A DNA stretch of 64,000 nt, from positions 31,586-95,585 of the forward strand of contig JAEWLC010000072.1 of assembly GCA_023393475.1 (NCBI GenBank), written 5' to 3'. The notes beneath the pieces were generated by a model that saw only the letters and a program-made list of their open reading frames with translations, had not been told where the DNA came from and did no database searches. Made by a program: the position numbers and the translations under genes. This document shows positions 52,515-62,040 of this stretch, piece by piece. Origin of the DNA: Pseudomonadota bacterium (lineage in GTDB: Bacteria > Pseudomonadota > Alphaproteobacteria > Rhizobiales > Devosiaceae). Each line of letters begins with the position of its first letter. The stretch's first letter is position 1.

Positions 52515-53636
52515 CTACTCGGCGTGGACCAGTTGCAGGAGATCGCCTTCGATTGTGGTGATGTAGAGCTCGCCGGCGCTGTCGAGCCCGAAGGACGTGA
52601 TCATGCCGAGCGTGCCAAGCTGGTCCGTCCAGTCGGTTACATCGCTGACCCGGCCGTCGCCGTAGCGGAGCGAGCGGATCTTGCCGTCGCACAGGTCGGC
52701 AAAGAAGTAGTGGCCGTCGAGCTCCGGCAGCGCCTTGCCGCGATAGACGTAGCCGCCGGTGATCGAGCAGCCGCCCTCGTCGTGGCTGTACTGGTGAATG
52801 GGCAGGACCAGCCCATCCGTCGCACAGCCCTCATCGCGGAAGCAGCGGTCGCCTTCCATAATCGACCAGCCGAGGTTGGCGCCGGCATTGCCTGTGGTGA
52901 TGACGTCGATTTCCTCGATCGCGTTCTGGCCGACATCGGCGACGTAGATGTCGTTGCCGTCGAAGGCGATGCGCCATGGATTGCGGACGCCGAGGGCGAA
53001 TATCTCCGGCCGCCCGCCGCCGTTGGCGAAGGGGTTGGACGCCGGGATGGCGTATGGCGAACCGCCGTCGACATCGATGCGCAGGATCTTGCCGAGCAGC
53101 TCGTCGGGGTTCTGCGCCCGTTGCTGGGGATCGGCACGGCTCCCGCCGTCGCCCATGCCGATATAGAGCAGGCCGTCCGGGCCGAAGCCGAGCCAGCCGC
53201 CATTATGGTTAGCGTAGGGCTGGTCGATACTCAGGATCGGCGTGGCAGAGTTCGCATCGACCACGTTGGGATCGGCCGAGACAGTGAAGCCGACAATCTG
53301 GGTGTCCCCGTTGCCGTCGGTGTAGTTCACGAACAGCCTGCCGTTCTGGGCATAGCCAGGGTGGAAGGCGAGGCCGAGCAGCCCACGTTCGCCACCGCTG
53401 CTGATGCGGGCGCCGAGGTCGAGAAACGGTGCGTCGAGGAACCGGCCATCCTCGATGATGCGAATCTTGCCGGTCTGCTCGACGACGAACAGCCGCGGGT
53501 CTGCGGACGGTGCGGTTACGAAGAGGGGGCTGTCGAGTTCGCTGCCGACCAGCCTCGTCGCGAGCTTTGCTGGTTGAGCTAGCGCGGGCGCGACTAACGC
53601 GGCGATGACGAACAGAATCGTGGCGAGCAGGCGCAT
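52515..53636 (-). CDS. PQQ-dependent sugar (glucose/sorbosone) dehydrogenase family, periplasmic
   Basis: 'GERGLLGLAFHP', 'NHNGG', 'GMGDGG', 'GVRNPWR', 'SITGGYVYRG'. Confidence 0.9.
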   Translation of the reverse strand: MRLLATILFVIAALVAPALAQPAKLATRLVGSELDSPLFVTAPSADPRLFVVEQTGKIRIIEDGRFLDAPFLDLGARISSGGERGLLGLAFHPGYAQNGRLFVNYTDGNGDTQIVGFTVSADPNVVDANSATPILSIDQPYANHNGGWLGFGPDGLLYIGMGDGGSRADPQQRAQNPDELLGKILRIDVDGGSPYAIPASNPFANGGGRPEIFALGVRNPWRIAFDGNDIYVADVGQNAIEEIDVITTGNAGANLGWSIMEGDRCFRDEGCATDGLVLPIHQYSHDEGGCSITGGYVYRGKALPELDGHYFFADLCDGKIRSLRYGDGRVSDVTDWTDQLGTLGMITSFGLDSAGELYITTIEGDLLQLVHAE

Positions 53637-53716
53637 GGGACCTCCGGAGCTTTGAACACTCCAACGCACCGCGGCCCGCTCCGCCACTCAATCGGTGGTC
53701 AAAGAACGGTGATGGA

Positions 53717-54025
53717 TCAGCTGCTTGTCGAAGCGACGCTGTCCCGAAGCGCGGCCAGTTCGGCTTCGGCCCGCAGCGCCCGCTCGCGCCAGTCCTCGAT
53801 GCCGAGGCCGTCGAGGCGCGCCGGTTCAGCGGCAGCCTCGATCACTTCGGGCAGCGGGGCGCCCGTGATCTTCGCGTGGAGCGCCGCGATGTAGTCCGCA
53901 TCGTCGGCCGCCAGCGTGCCTGCCGCCGATTCCTCGAGCCAGCGATTCAGATCGGCGGTGGTGTCCTCGTTCATGCTGCCGGTTGCCAGCAATTCCTTGA
54001 TCAGCGCATCGACCTGCACGGCCAT
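53717..54025 (-). CDS. Hypothetical protein with C-terminal coiled coil
   Basis: 102-aa ORF with GGAG RBS; 'WRERALRAEAELAALR'. Confidence 0.6.
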   Translation of the reverse strand: MAVQVDALIKELLATGSMNEDTTADLNRWLEESAAGTLAADDADYIAALHAKITGAPLPEVIEAAAEPARLDGLGIEDWRERALRAEAELAALRDSVASTSS

Positions 54026-54165
54026 CTCCTTGTTGTTTCGGAGCGCAACCTATCCAAAGCCGAGCCGAAGCGAAACCCGGCGCGACAACCAGTCACCCAC
54101 AGTGCGGCGGTTGCCCGGCGCGGTTCGCCCCTCTATTGGTTGCCGGGCGGTTGGGCAGAGGAATC

Positions 54166-54912
54166 ATGGCGGCCACTCCGGATATAGACTGGATGCTGAT
54201 CAGCCTCAGGCGCACGCCTGAACGGCTCGAACTCTTTCAGTTGATCAATTCCCAAGTCGAGCTGTCCTACGAACTCCTCGAGGCCGTCGACGGCCGGACG
54301 GTCGATCGGCAGCGCCTCGTGGATACCGGGTTGATGATAGAGGGGCTTCCGTGGAAGCCGGGTGCGGTGGGGGCGGCGCTCTCCCACTTGCTGTGCTGGG
54401 AGCGCGCGGTCGAGACAGGCAGGCTCGTCGGGATTCTCGAGGATGACGTCTTCCTCAGGCATGATTTCGTCGAGCGTTCGAAGGAGATCATGGAGGCGCT
54501 GCCGCCGGATTGGGACATCGTCCATTTCGGGTTCAACACGGATTCGCTGTTCGACCTCGAGATTCATCCCGGCTGCAATATCCAGGGCGGCTTCGACGTC
54601 CAGTTTCCTACGCTTGAGAGTTGCGAGCGGTTCGCCGCGAATACCGGTCCGGCCGTGCCGGTCAGGATGCGGAACTCCTTCGGCAACTGCTGTTATGTCG
54701 TGTCACCGGCCGGCGCGCAGAAATTGATCGACGGCTGTTTTCCATTGTCCAACCACGTCGTTCTGATTCCGATGCTGCACGCCATGTTCCGGGCAAACAG
54801 CAAGGACGTCCTGATGAATGAACAGTATGGAAACATGGCCGCGTTTGTGAGCGTTCCGCCGATCGCGCTGCCAATCAACGACAAGGATCAATCTACGGTC
54901 GGCGTGCGCTAG
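54166..54912 (+). CDS. Glycosyltransferase family 25 (Lex2B/LgtB-like)
   Basis: 'ISLRRTPERL', 'EAVDG', 'GAALSHLLCW', 'ILEDDV', 'YVVSPAGAQKL'. Confidence 0.88.
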   Translation: MAATPDIDWMLISLRRTPERLELFQLINSQVELSYELLEAVDGRTVDRQRLVDTGLMIEGLPWKPGAVGAALSHLLCWERAVETGRLVGILEDDVFLRHDFVERSKEIMEALPPDWDIVHFGFNTDSLFDLEIHPGCNIQGGFDVQFPTLESCERFAANTGPAVPVRMRNSFGNCCYVVSPAGAQKLIDGCFPLSNHVVLIPMLHAMFRANSKDVLMNEQYGNMAAFVSVPPIALPINDKDQSTVGVR

Positions 54913-54993
54913 TCTGTATTTCGGCCGTCCTCGTTGCGGTCCATTGATCGCTCAACTAGCATGAACAGTATTTTCTGTCGTGCGGGGTAGGAC

Positions 54994-55737
54994 GTGGCTG
55001 CGAGGGCCGACATTGACTGGATGGTGATTACGCTCAAGCGGACACCGGAGCGGCTGGAACAGTTCATCGAGAATAACGCGCACCAGGGTCTCGACATCGA
55101 GACGCTGGAGGCCGTCGACGGACTATCGCTCGATCGGGAACAACTCGTTCGTGACGGCCTCATGTCTGCAGATATCGACTGGGGCGCGGGCGCGCTGGGT
55201 GCGGCCCTGTCGCACCGGCTGTGCTGGTTGCGGGCCGTCGAAACCGGCCGGCCGGTGGGGATCTTCGAGGACGACGTCCTGTTGCGCCGGGATTTTACCC
55301 GCCAGGTCGAGCAGGCGGTGGGGGATCTTCCGGAGGACTGGGACATCATCCATTTCGGGATCAACACGGACTCGGTGCTGGAGGTTGAGCTGGTCCCGGG
55401 GCGCAACGTGTCTGGCGGTTTCGACCGCCAGTACCCAACCGAAGCGGATTGCGTGCGCTTCGTGAACGCCGAGAGCGCGGTCACCCCGGTCCGCCTGATC
55501 ACTGGCTTCGGAACCTGCGCCTATGTGGTCAGCCCGAAGGGAGCCAGGATTCTGCTCGAGAACTGTTTTCCGCTGAGATGGACGATGTACTTCGTGCGGA
55601 GACTGGACTTTGTCCTGAAGGCCTACAGCGGAGACGCGGTGATGAACGCGTATTACAGCCAGATGTCCGTATTTCTGTGCTGGCCGCCGATTGCCATAGT
55701 CCGAAACGACAAGGCCCTATCGACGGTAAATGCATAA
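54994..55737 (+). CDS. Glycosyltransferase family 25
   Basis: 'ITLKRTPERL', 'EAVDG', 'GAALSHRLCW', 'IFEDDV', 'YVVSPKGA'. Confidence 0.88.
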   Translation: MAARADIDWMVITLKRTPERLEQFIENNAHQGLDIETLEAVDGLSLDREQLVRDGLMSADIDWGAGALGAALSHRLCWLRAVETGRPVGIFEDDVLLRRDFTRQVEQAVGDLPEDWDIIHFGINTDSVLEVELVPGRNVSGGFDRQYPTEADCVRFVNAESAVTPVRLITGFGTCAYVVSPKGARILLENCFPLRWTMYFVRRLDFVLKAYSGDAVMNAYYSQMSVFLCWPPIAIVRNDKALSTVNA

Positions 55738-55802
55738 CCCGATGAAATCCGCTACACCGTCGCGGTGACGTCGGCCCCTTCGGGCAATTTCAGGCAGATG
55801 AT

Positions 55803-56597
55803 ATGACGCAGAATACTCGCCCGACCTCGATCGATGACATCGACTGGGTGGTGCTGAACGCCGAAAGCCAGCCCGAGCGGCTGGCGGAGTTCAACAGCGC
55901 CAACGGCGATCTGGGCCTGCCGATCGAGGTGGTTGCGGCGACCGAGCGACGTGACATCGACTTCAGGGAACTGGTTCAGCTGGATCTCGTCGACCCCGAG
56001 ATCGAAGAGTGGAATGCCGAAGGCGTCGCCAATGCGCTGTCGCACTGGCTGTGCTGGCACCAGGCGGTCGAGTCGCAGCGTCCGGTAGGAATCCTGCGGG
56101 ACAGCGCAATCCTGCGGCGCGATTTCAGGGCGCGGGTGGAGGGGTTGCTTGGCGGCATCGCCGATGGCTGGGAGTACCTGCAGCTCGGATGCGACACGCT
56201 ATCGGGCATCGACGTGCAGATCACGCCCGACTGCCGCTACAGGGGGCGCTTCACGCGGGACCAAAGCAACGCCGACGACCTCGCGACGTTCGCGGCCGTC
56301 GTCACCCCGGTGGTGCCGATGCGGATGTTCAATGCGTTCGGCGATTTCGCCTACATCGTCACGCCCGCCGGTGCGCAGTTCCTTATCGACCAGTGTTTTC
56401 CGCTGACGATGCGGGTACTTGGCGTGCCTGCCCTCAGGGGGAACATCAGGACCACGTCCATCGATGGGGTGATGAACCGGTTCTTTTCGTCGATGCAGGC
56501 ATATGTGTCGTTCCCGCCGCTGGCGCTGGGCCGCACCGAAGTGGATGTGGTTGTGGTCGATACCACGCCTGACGAGGAAGCAAGGGCCGGCAGCTAG
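55803..56597 (+). CDS. Glycosyltransferase family 25 homologue with degenerate catalytic motifs
   Basis: Aligns to the two upstream paralogues, but EDD is replaced by RDS and EAVDG by AATER. Confidence 0.75.
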   Translation: MTQNTRPTSIDDIDWVVLNAESQPERLAEFNSANGDLGLPIEVVAATERRDIDFRELVQLDLVDPEIEEWNAEGVANALSHWLCWHQAVESQRPVGILRDSAILRRDFRARVEGLLGGIADGWEYLQLGCDTLSGIDVQITPDCRYRGRFTRDQSNADDLATFAAVVTPVVPMRMFNAFGDFAYIVTPAGAQFLIDQCFPLTMRVLGVPALRGNIRTTSIDGVMNRFFSSMQAYVSFPPLALGRTEVDVVVVDTTPDEEARAGS

Positions 56598-57145
56598 GGC
56601 CGGAAGGCGCGGCTGAGGTAGGCCGAGCCGGCGATGCCGAAGCGCCAGGGGAGGTCGGCGGCCTTGGTGATGCCGATGCGCGGCCCGATCACGACGGGTA
56701 CCGGTTCAGTCGGTGGGCGGAAGGCGAAGGGCGGAGCGTCCAGCCGCAATCCGTCATGCGCCTTGGTGATGGCGAGGGCTTCGGCCAGTTTTCCCGGGCC
56801 CGAGCAGAGGGCGCGCAGTGACGTAAGTCCGCGCCGTTCCATCATTTTTTCCATGCCGGCGCGCGGCTCGAGGGCGCGGATGAGGATGGCGGCGCCGTCG
56901 CTGCAGACGAAGTTCAGGCACCAGTGGATGCCGTAGGAGCGGTAGACATAGACGTGGCCGGGGCCGAGGAACATCGCGGCGTTGCGCGGGGTGGGGCCGC
57001 GGTGGGCGTGCGAGGCGGGTTCGGTGGGGTGATAGGCTTCGGTCTCGGTGACGATGCCGCCGACACGATCGACGAAAAGCTCGGCGCCGAGCAGGTCGCG
57101 GGCGACTTCGGTGACTTCGCGGGAGAAGAATTCAACGAGCGACAT
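56594..57145 (-). CDS. mpg: DNA-3-methyladenine glycosylase (Mpg/AAG family)
   Basis: 'IVTETEAY', '[13 protein letters not shown]', 'LIRALEP', 'LCSGPGKL', '[13 protein letters not shown]'. Confidence 0.92.
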   Translation of the reverse strand: MSLVEFFSREVTEVARDLLGAELFVDRVGGIVTETEAYHPTEPASHAHRGPTPRNAAMFLGPGHVYVYRSYGIHWCLNFVCSDGAAILIRALEPRAGMEKMMERRGLTSLRALCSGPGKLAEALAITKAHDGLRLDAPPFAFRPPTEPVPVVIGPRIGITKAADLPWRFGIAGSAYLSRAFRP

Positions 57146-57184
57146 GCCGGCAGCTTGGGGAATTTCCCCAATGCGCGCAAGCCG

Positions 57185-57412
57185 CTAGACCTTGCGGGTG
57201 GTGCCGTTCTGGATGCGCTGCGCGGCGATGCTGAAGGTCAGGTTCACCGAATCCGTGCTCGAGGTGTTGGTCGAGATCAGCGCGGAATTGTAGCTGGCGG
57301 CGTTGGCGAGGTCGGCCTTGAGGTAGGCGCGGCGCTTCTCTCGCGCTGCTTCCATCTCGTCGGAAATGGAGGCGCGCGGGAGCCAGTTGAAGGTGCGCTT
57401 CTCGACAATCAT
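57185..57412 (-). CDS. Small hypothetical protein (75 aa)
   Basis: ATG at 57412 with GAGGG upstream; fills the mpg-pmm gap with high-GC3 codons. The ORF track shows it only as the tail of a 639-aa shadow ORF. Confidence 0.6.
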   Translation of the reverse strand: MIVEKRTFNWLPRASISDEMEAAREKRRAYLKADLANAASYNSALISTNTSSTDSVNLTFSIAAQRIQNGTTRKV

Positions 57413-57523
57413 GCTGACCAAACTGCCCTCGCAGTATGAACGAAACATTAACGCCGTCTGAACGCTTGCGTGGCGTGCCAAGGCCATGAGATTGCTTCGG
57501 CATTCTCTCCTGGAGCATGCGGC

Positions 57524-58927
57524 ATGTCGGATTCGCTCAAGTTTGGCACCAGCGGTTTGCGCGGGCTCGCCACCGAGCTGACGGGGGGCGCGGCGCGCCG
57601 CTACACGGCGGCATTCCTTGCCCATCTTGGCACGGTTCCCGGCGGGCGGGTGTATTTGGCACGCGACCAGCGCGCCTCGAGCCCCGCGATCAGCGAGGAC
57701 TGCGCCGTGGCGATCCGCGCCGCCGGTCTCGAACCGGTCGATTGCGGCATCCTGCCGACACCGGCGCTGGCGCTTCACGCCATGGCTAATGGCGCGCCAG
57801 CCATCATGGTGACCGGCAGCCACATCCCGGCCGACCGGAACGGGCTGAAGTTCTACGTGGCCGCCGGCGAGATCACCAAGTCCGACGAGGCCGGGATATC
57901 GGCGGCGCTGTCCGATGCGGTGCCGAAGGGCGAGGGCAGGGCGGTAGACGAGAGCGCCCTGGCCGGCGACCGCTACAGGCAGCGCTATCGCGGACTGCTG
58001 GACAGCGGGGCGCTGAGCGGCTGGCGCATCGGCGTGTTCGAGCATTCCTCGGTGGCGCGCGACCTGCTGGTCTCGTTTCTCACCCGGGCAGGGGCGGACG
58101 TCGTCCGGCTCGATAGGTCCGAGACCTTCGTCGCGGTGGATACCGAGGCCTTCTCCGACGCGCTGTTCGAGCCGCGCTTTGGCTGGATCGACCAGCACAA
58201 GCTCGATGCGATCGTTTCGACCGATGGCGACGGCGACCGGCCGCTGGTGATCGACGGGAACGGCGAGTTCGTGCGCGGCGACGTGCTGGGCATGCTGGCG
58301 GCGCGATTTCTCGGCGCCGACCGGGTGGTCACGCCGGTGACCTCGAATTCGGCGATCGAGGGCGTCGGCTGGTTCGGCCGGGTCGACCGCACCAAGGTCG
58401 GTTCGCCCTTCGTCATCGCAGGGATGGAAGCGGCCGCGGCCGGCTCGCCCGGGGCGGTGGTCGGCTTCGAGGCCAATGGCGGCTTGCTGCTGGGAAACGA
58501 TGTGAGCATCAACGGCAAGGTGCTGACGGCGCTGCCGACCCGCGATGCGGTGCTGCCGATCCTCGCCGTGCTGGCGACGGCGGCGAAGCTCGGCGACAGC
58601 CTGGCGGGGCTGGTGAAGACGTTGCCGGTGCGCGCCGCAATGGCCGACCGGCTGGCGCATGTGGCGAGCGAGCGGAGCAGCGCCTTCCTGAAGGACCTGG
58701 CGGAGACGGACGGCTATGCCGCGGACTTCTTCGCCCCGGTCGGCGAGGTGGAGAGCCTCTCGGCCATCGACGGCCTGCGCTTCGGGCTGAAGTCCGGCGA
58801 CACGGTCCACTACCGCGCCTCGGGCAACGCACCGGAACTCAGGTGCTATGTCGAGGGCGTGACGCCGGATCGCGCGAAAGAACTGCTGGCGTGGGGACTG
58901 GCGGCCGCGAGCGCAGTGGTGAGGTAA
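57524..58927 (+). CDS. Phosphomannomutase/phosphoglucomutase (ManB/NoeK-like)
   Basis: 'KFGTSGLRG', catalytic 'TGSHIP', 'DGDGDR', 'GFEANGG', 'RASGNAPELRCY'. Confidence 0.92.
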   Translation: MSDSLKFGTSGLRGLATELTGGAARRYTAAFLAHLGTVPGGRVYLARDQRASSPAISEDCAVAIRAAGLEPVDCGILPTPALALHAMANGAPAIMVTGSHIPADRNGLKFYVAAGEITKSDEAGISAALSDAVPKGEGRAVDESALAGDRYRQRYRGLLDSGALSGWRIGVFEHSSVARDLLVSFLTRAGADVVRLDRSETFVAVDTEAFSDALFEPRFGWIDQHKLDAIVSTDGDGDRPLVIDGNGEFVRGDVLGMLAARFLGADRVVTPVTSNSAIEGVGWFGRVDRTKVGSPFVIAGMEAAAAGSPGAVVGFEANGGLLLGNDVSINGKVLTALPTRDAVLPILAVLATAAKLGDSLAGLVKTLPVRAAMADRLAHVASERSSAFLKDLAETDGYAADFFAPVGEVESLSAIDGLRFGLKSGDTVHYRASGNAPELRCYVEGVTPDRAKELLAWGLAAASAVVR

Positions 58928-59048
58928 CGGACGGCGATTGTTACGTTTTTCAGCATTGTTGAAAGACGATGCTTTGAACTGTTCCTGTATCCAGTCGAAA
59001 GGGTCGTGGTGACTGTTTCGGTTTGGGAATACTGGGGGCAGGGAAGCG

Positions 59049-59831
59049 ATGTCGAACGCTGTTGCGCAACTTCGTCTCGCCGTGCTGATTGACGGCGACA
59101 ACATATCCTATCGCCTGGCAGACAAGCTATTTGCCGAAGTGGCCAAGTTCGGTGAGGCGAAGGTCCGCCGGCTCTACGGTGATTTCTGCAGCCCTTCCGC
59201 ACAGGGCTGGAAAGATGCGGTACACAGGCACGCTATCGTTTCCCAGCAGCAGTTTGCAAATGCCGGTAGCAAGAACGGCACCGACATCTCCCTTGTCATC
59301 GACGCAATGGACTTGCTGTATCGCGGTGGAGTGGATGGCTTTTGCATTGTTTCGTCGGACAGCGACTACACGCCGCTGGCAACGCGGATACGAGAGCATG
59401 GGCTGGCAGTATGGGGCTTCGGAAGTAGCAACGCTGCACTGAGCTTCCGGAAGGCATGTCGGCTGTTCGTCGAGATCGACTCGCAAATGGCAGCCCTTGC
59501 GAAAAGACCCGTCGCAGCGACCAGCCAGGTTGTTCCAGCAAAGAAGGCAGCAAAGCCGACGCTGCCACCGCCACAAATGGTTCGCGCTCGCGCCCTGCTA
59601 CTGCAGGCGTTCCATCGTCTCAACGGTGGCGAATGGCGACCGCTGACCGACGTACTCAAAGAGGTTCGCACGGTTGAGCCAAGCTTCACCGCTCGCGCCT
59701 ACGGTTGGGCCAAACCAATCACGCTCGTTCGAAAAACCGCATGCTTCGATGATGAGCTTGTCGGTGGCACTACAATGTTGCGGGTCAGATCGGCGTTTCC
59801 GGTGGAGATCGCCGGGACGGCAGCAGCTTAG
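59049..59831 (+). CDS. NYN domain (LabA/DUF88, PIN-like) protein with C-terminal OST-HTH/LOTUS-like domain
   Basis: 'LAVLIDGDN', 'KNGTDISLVIDAMDLL', 'IVSSDSDYTPL...IRE.G..VWGFG'; C-terminal 'EPSFTARAYG'. Confidence 0.85.
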   Translation: MSNAVAQLRLAVLIDGDNISYRLADKLFAEVAKFGEAKVRRLYGDFCSPSAQGWKDAVHRHAIVSQQQFANAGSKNGTDISLVIDAMDLLYRGGVDGFCIVSSDSDYTPLATRIREHGLAVWGFGSSNAALSFRKACRLFVEIDSQMAALAKRPVAATSQVVPAKKAAKPTLPPPQMVRARALLLQAFHRLNGGEWRPLTDVLKEVRTVEPSFTARAYGWAKPITLVRKTACFDDELVGGTTMLRVRSAFPVEIAGTAAA

Positions 59832-59860
59832 GCCGCTCCACTTTGTGGGCCTCCCCAGCA

Positions 59861-59950
59861 CCGGTTGTCGTCCCCGCGAAGGGCGGGGATCCAACTCTCG
59901 GCCGGAGCGTGTGGGTGGATGGATCCCAGCCTTCGCTGGGATGACACCGG
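59861..59950. repeat. Alphaproteobacterial REP/RIME-like palindromic element (two inverted arms)
   Basis: CCGGTTGTCGTCCCCGCGAAGGGCGGGGATCCA (59861-59893) and TGGATCCCAGCCTTCGCTGGGATGACACCGG (59920-59950) are near reverse complements, each a hairpin. Translates as the familiar 'VIPAKAGI' repeat. Confidence 0.8.
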
Positions 59951-60012
59951 AGTTCAGGGGCAGCCTTGGTGCCCCCAAGTGAGTGGGCTCCGCTTGCGCG
60001 GAGCCCTTTGGT

Positions 60013-60267
60013 TCAGGTGGCGCGCCTGACCAGCTTGATGATGAAGATCAGGATGATGGCGCCGATCACCGCCATGATGATGGCGCCGATGATGCCGCCG
60101 AAGTTGATGCCGATCATCGGGAGCAGCCACCCGCCGATGAGGCCGCCGACGAGGCCGATGATGATGTCACCGACGAGGCCGAAGCCGGAACCCTTCATGA
60201 TGACACCGGCGAGCCAGCCGGCGACCGCGCCGACCAGCAGTACGATCAGTATTGAAGTCAGGTCCAT
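60013..60267 (-). CDS. GlsB/YeaQ/YmgE (transglycosylase-associated) membrane protein
   Basis: 'VGAVAGWLAG.IM.G.GFGL.GDIIIG.VG..IGGWL'. Confidence 0.9.
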   Translation of the reverse strand: MDLTSILIVLLVGAVAGWLAGVIMKGSGFGLVGDIIIGLVGGLIGGWLLPMIGINFGGIIGAIIMAVIGAIILIFIIKLVRRAT

Positions 60268-60367
60268 TATGATGCCCCTCGCAACATAAGCGGTGGGCCC
60301 GGCGCCGCGCCGAATCCCTCGCCGCAACGATGAGGGTCCGCCTGTCGGGCGGTGGTGTCAATGAGGG

Positions 60368-60985
60368 CTATTCGCGGACGACGATGAGGGCGGCGGCCGT
60401 GGCCATGATGACACCGGCGGTGCGGTTGAGGGCACGGATGGCGCGGGTGGACTGGAAGAAGTCGCGCGCGGCCGCGGCGAGGCCGGCATAGGCGCTGCCG
60501 ATGATCAGCAGCACGACCACGACGATGGCGGTGAGCTCGATGAAGCCGAGCGCCGTGATCGGGCGATCGAGCGGGATCACCGTGGGCAGCAGGGCCAGGT
60601 AGAAGACGATGGTCTTGGGGTTCCCCATGGTGAGGGCGAAGCCCGAGAGGAAGGTCTTCCAGCCGTTGCCGTCGCTCCTCGCGCCGATCTGCTCGGAGCC
60701 GGGCTTGGCGCTCCAGAACTGCCAGGCGACATAGAGCAGGTACAGCGCGCCACCCCATTTCACCACGAGGAAGACCGGGCCGAACCAGGTGGCGATGGCG
60801 GCGAGGCCGAAGAGCGCGAACACCAGGTAGATCAGGTCGCCGACGAGGATGCCGAGCACCATCGGGAAGGCGGCACGGAAACCGCCGCCGAGCGCGCGCG
60901 CCACTACCGCTGCCACGCCGGGGCCGGGCACGATGACCGCGATGGCGTAGGCGATGGTGAATGCGGCGAGGGTGACGAGATCCAT
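60368..60985 (-). CDS. LysE/RhtB family translocator
   Basis: 'PGPGVAAVV', 'GALYLLYVA', 'GNPKTIVFY'. Confidence 0.9.
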   Translation of the reverse strand: MDLVTLAAFTIAYAIAVIVPGPGVAAVVARALGGGFRAAFPMVLGILVGDLIYLVFALFGLAAIATWFGPVFLVVKWGGALYLLYVAWQFWSAKPGSEQIGARSDGNGWKTFLSGFALTMGNPKTIVFYLALLPTVIPLDRPITALGFIELTAIVVVVLLIIGSAYAGLAAAARDFFQSTRAIRALNRTAGVIMATAAALIVVRE

Positions 60986-61136
60986 GTCGGGCTCCTTTTG
61001 GTCGAGCTTCTAGTGGGTTTCGCCTTGCGGTGGAAGGTGGCCACGGCGACTCGAGGCGGAGCTCGGCTCGCCACCCCAGCGGCTCGATACGCCGGGGTGG
61101 CTGTTGCCGGACGACCAGCCCCGCCCGCCGGGCTCG

Positions 61137-61919
61137 TTACCGGACGGAAAGGGGCGCGAGGGCGCCGAGCTGGTTGGAGATCTCTTCGCAGGCCACGCGC
61201 AGCCGCGCCAGCATGGCTTCGAAGTTGGGCGGCACGTTCCGGCGGCTGACGGCGGCCACCGTCACGCAGGCGACGGCCCGGCCATTGCCGGCGATGATCG
61301 GGCAGACGATGTCGGTGACGCCGATGATGTCGCGGCTTTCGTGGATGATGCCGCCGCGCTCGCGCACCGCGTCCAGTTCCGCCGACAGGGTGGTCGGGTC
61401 GGGTGGTTCGCGCATCAGCATCAGGCATTCGGTGATCATGCGCTCGCGCACTTCCCTGGGCTGGAAGGCCATCAGCACGAGGCCCGAATGCGCATCGGCC
61501 AGCGGGCGACGGTAGCCGAGCTTGAGCGAGAAGTTCATGTCCGCCCCGCCGGAGGCGGCGGCAATGATCACGGTTTCGCCGCGGTGGGCGACCACAAGGT
61601 GGGCGGCCTGGTGCACCTCTTCGGCGAAACGCTCGACGATCGGCGCCGCAACGCTGACCAGATCGCGCGCCCGCGCCGTCTGCATGCCAAGCCCGAACAG
61701 CTTGTTGGTGAGCACCAGTTCGTCGCCATTGTCCTCGCGCTGCAGGTAGCCGCGGCCGAGCAGCACGTGGACCATGCGGAAGATTTCATTCTTGGAGCGG
61801 CCCAGCTCGTCGGCGATCTGCCGCGTCCCCATCGGCACGCCCTCGCGCGCCAGGAGCTCGAGGATATCGAGGCCTTTTTCGAGTGCCGGGGCGCTGTAGC
61901 CGGTCTTTTCCTCAGTCAT
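61137..61919 (-). CDS. IclR family transcriptional regulator
   Basis: 'YSAPALEKGLDILELL', HTH 'LGRSKNEIFRM', C-terminal effector domain. Confidence 0.9.
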   Translation of the reverse strand: MTEEKTGYSAPALEKGLDILELLAREGVPMGTRQIADELGRSKNEIFRMVHVLLGRGYLQREDNGDELVLTNKLFGLGMQTARARDLVSVAAPIVERFAEEVHQAAHLVVAHRGETVIIAAASGGADMNFSLKLGYRRPLADAHSGLVLMAFQPREVRERMITECLMLMREPPDPTTLSAELDAVRERGGIIHESRDIIGVTDIVCPIIAGNGRAVACVTVAAVSRRNVPPNFEAMLARLRVACEEISNQLGALAPLSVR

Positions 61920-62040
61920 GCCCTCTCCGTTTCACTGATGACGCTTGACGCCATATATGAAGCAGCATTAGCCTCTTTCGTGGCGAGAGTCACAAAAATA
62001 GCGGTTTTCGCCCGACTGCATAAGGGGGTCCTCTGCACCG

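Noticed and set aside
59598..59978. ORF containing 'VIPAKAGIH'
   Set aside because: It is the translation of the REP-like palindrome, not a gene.
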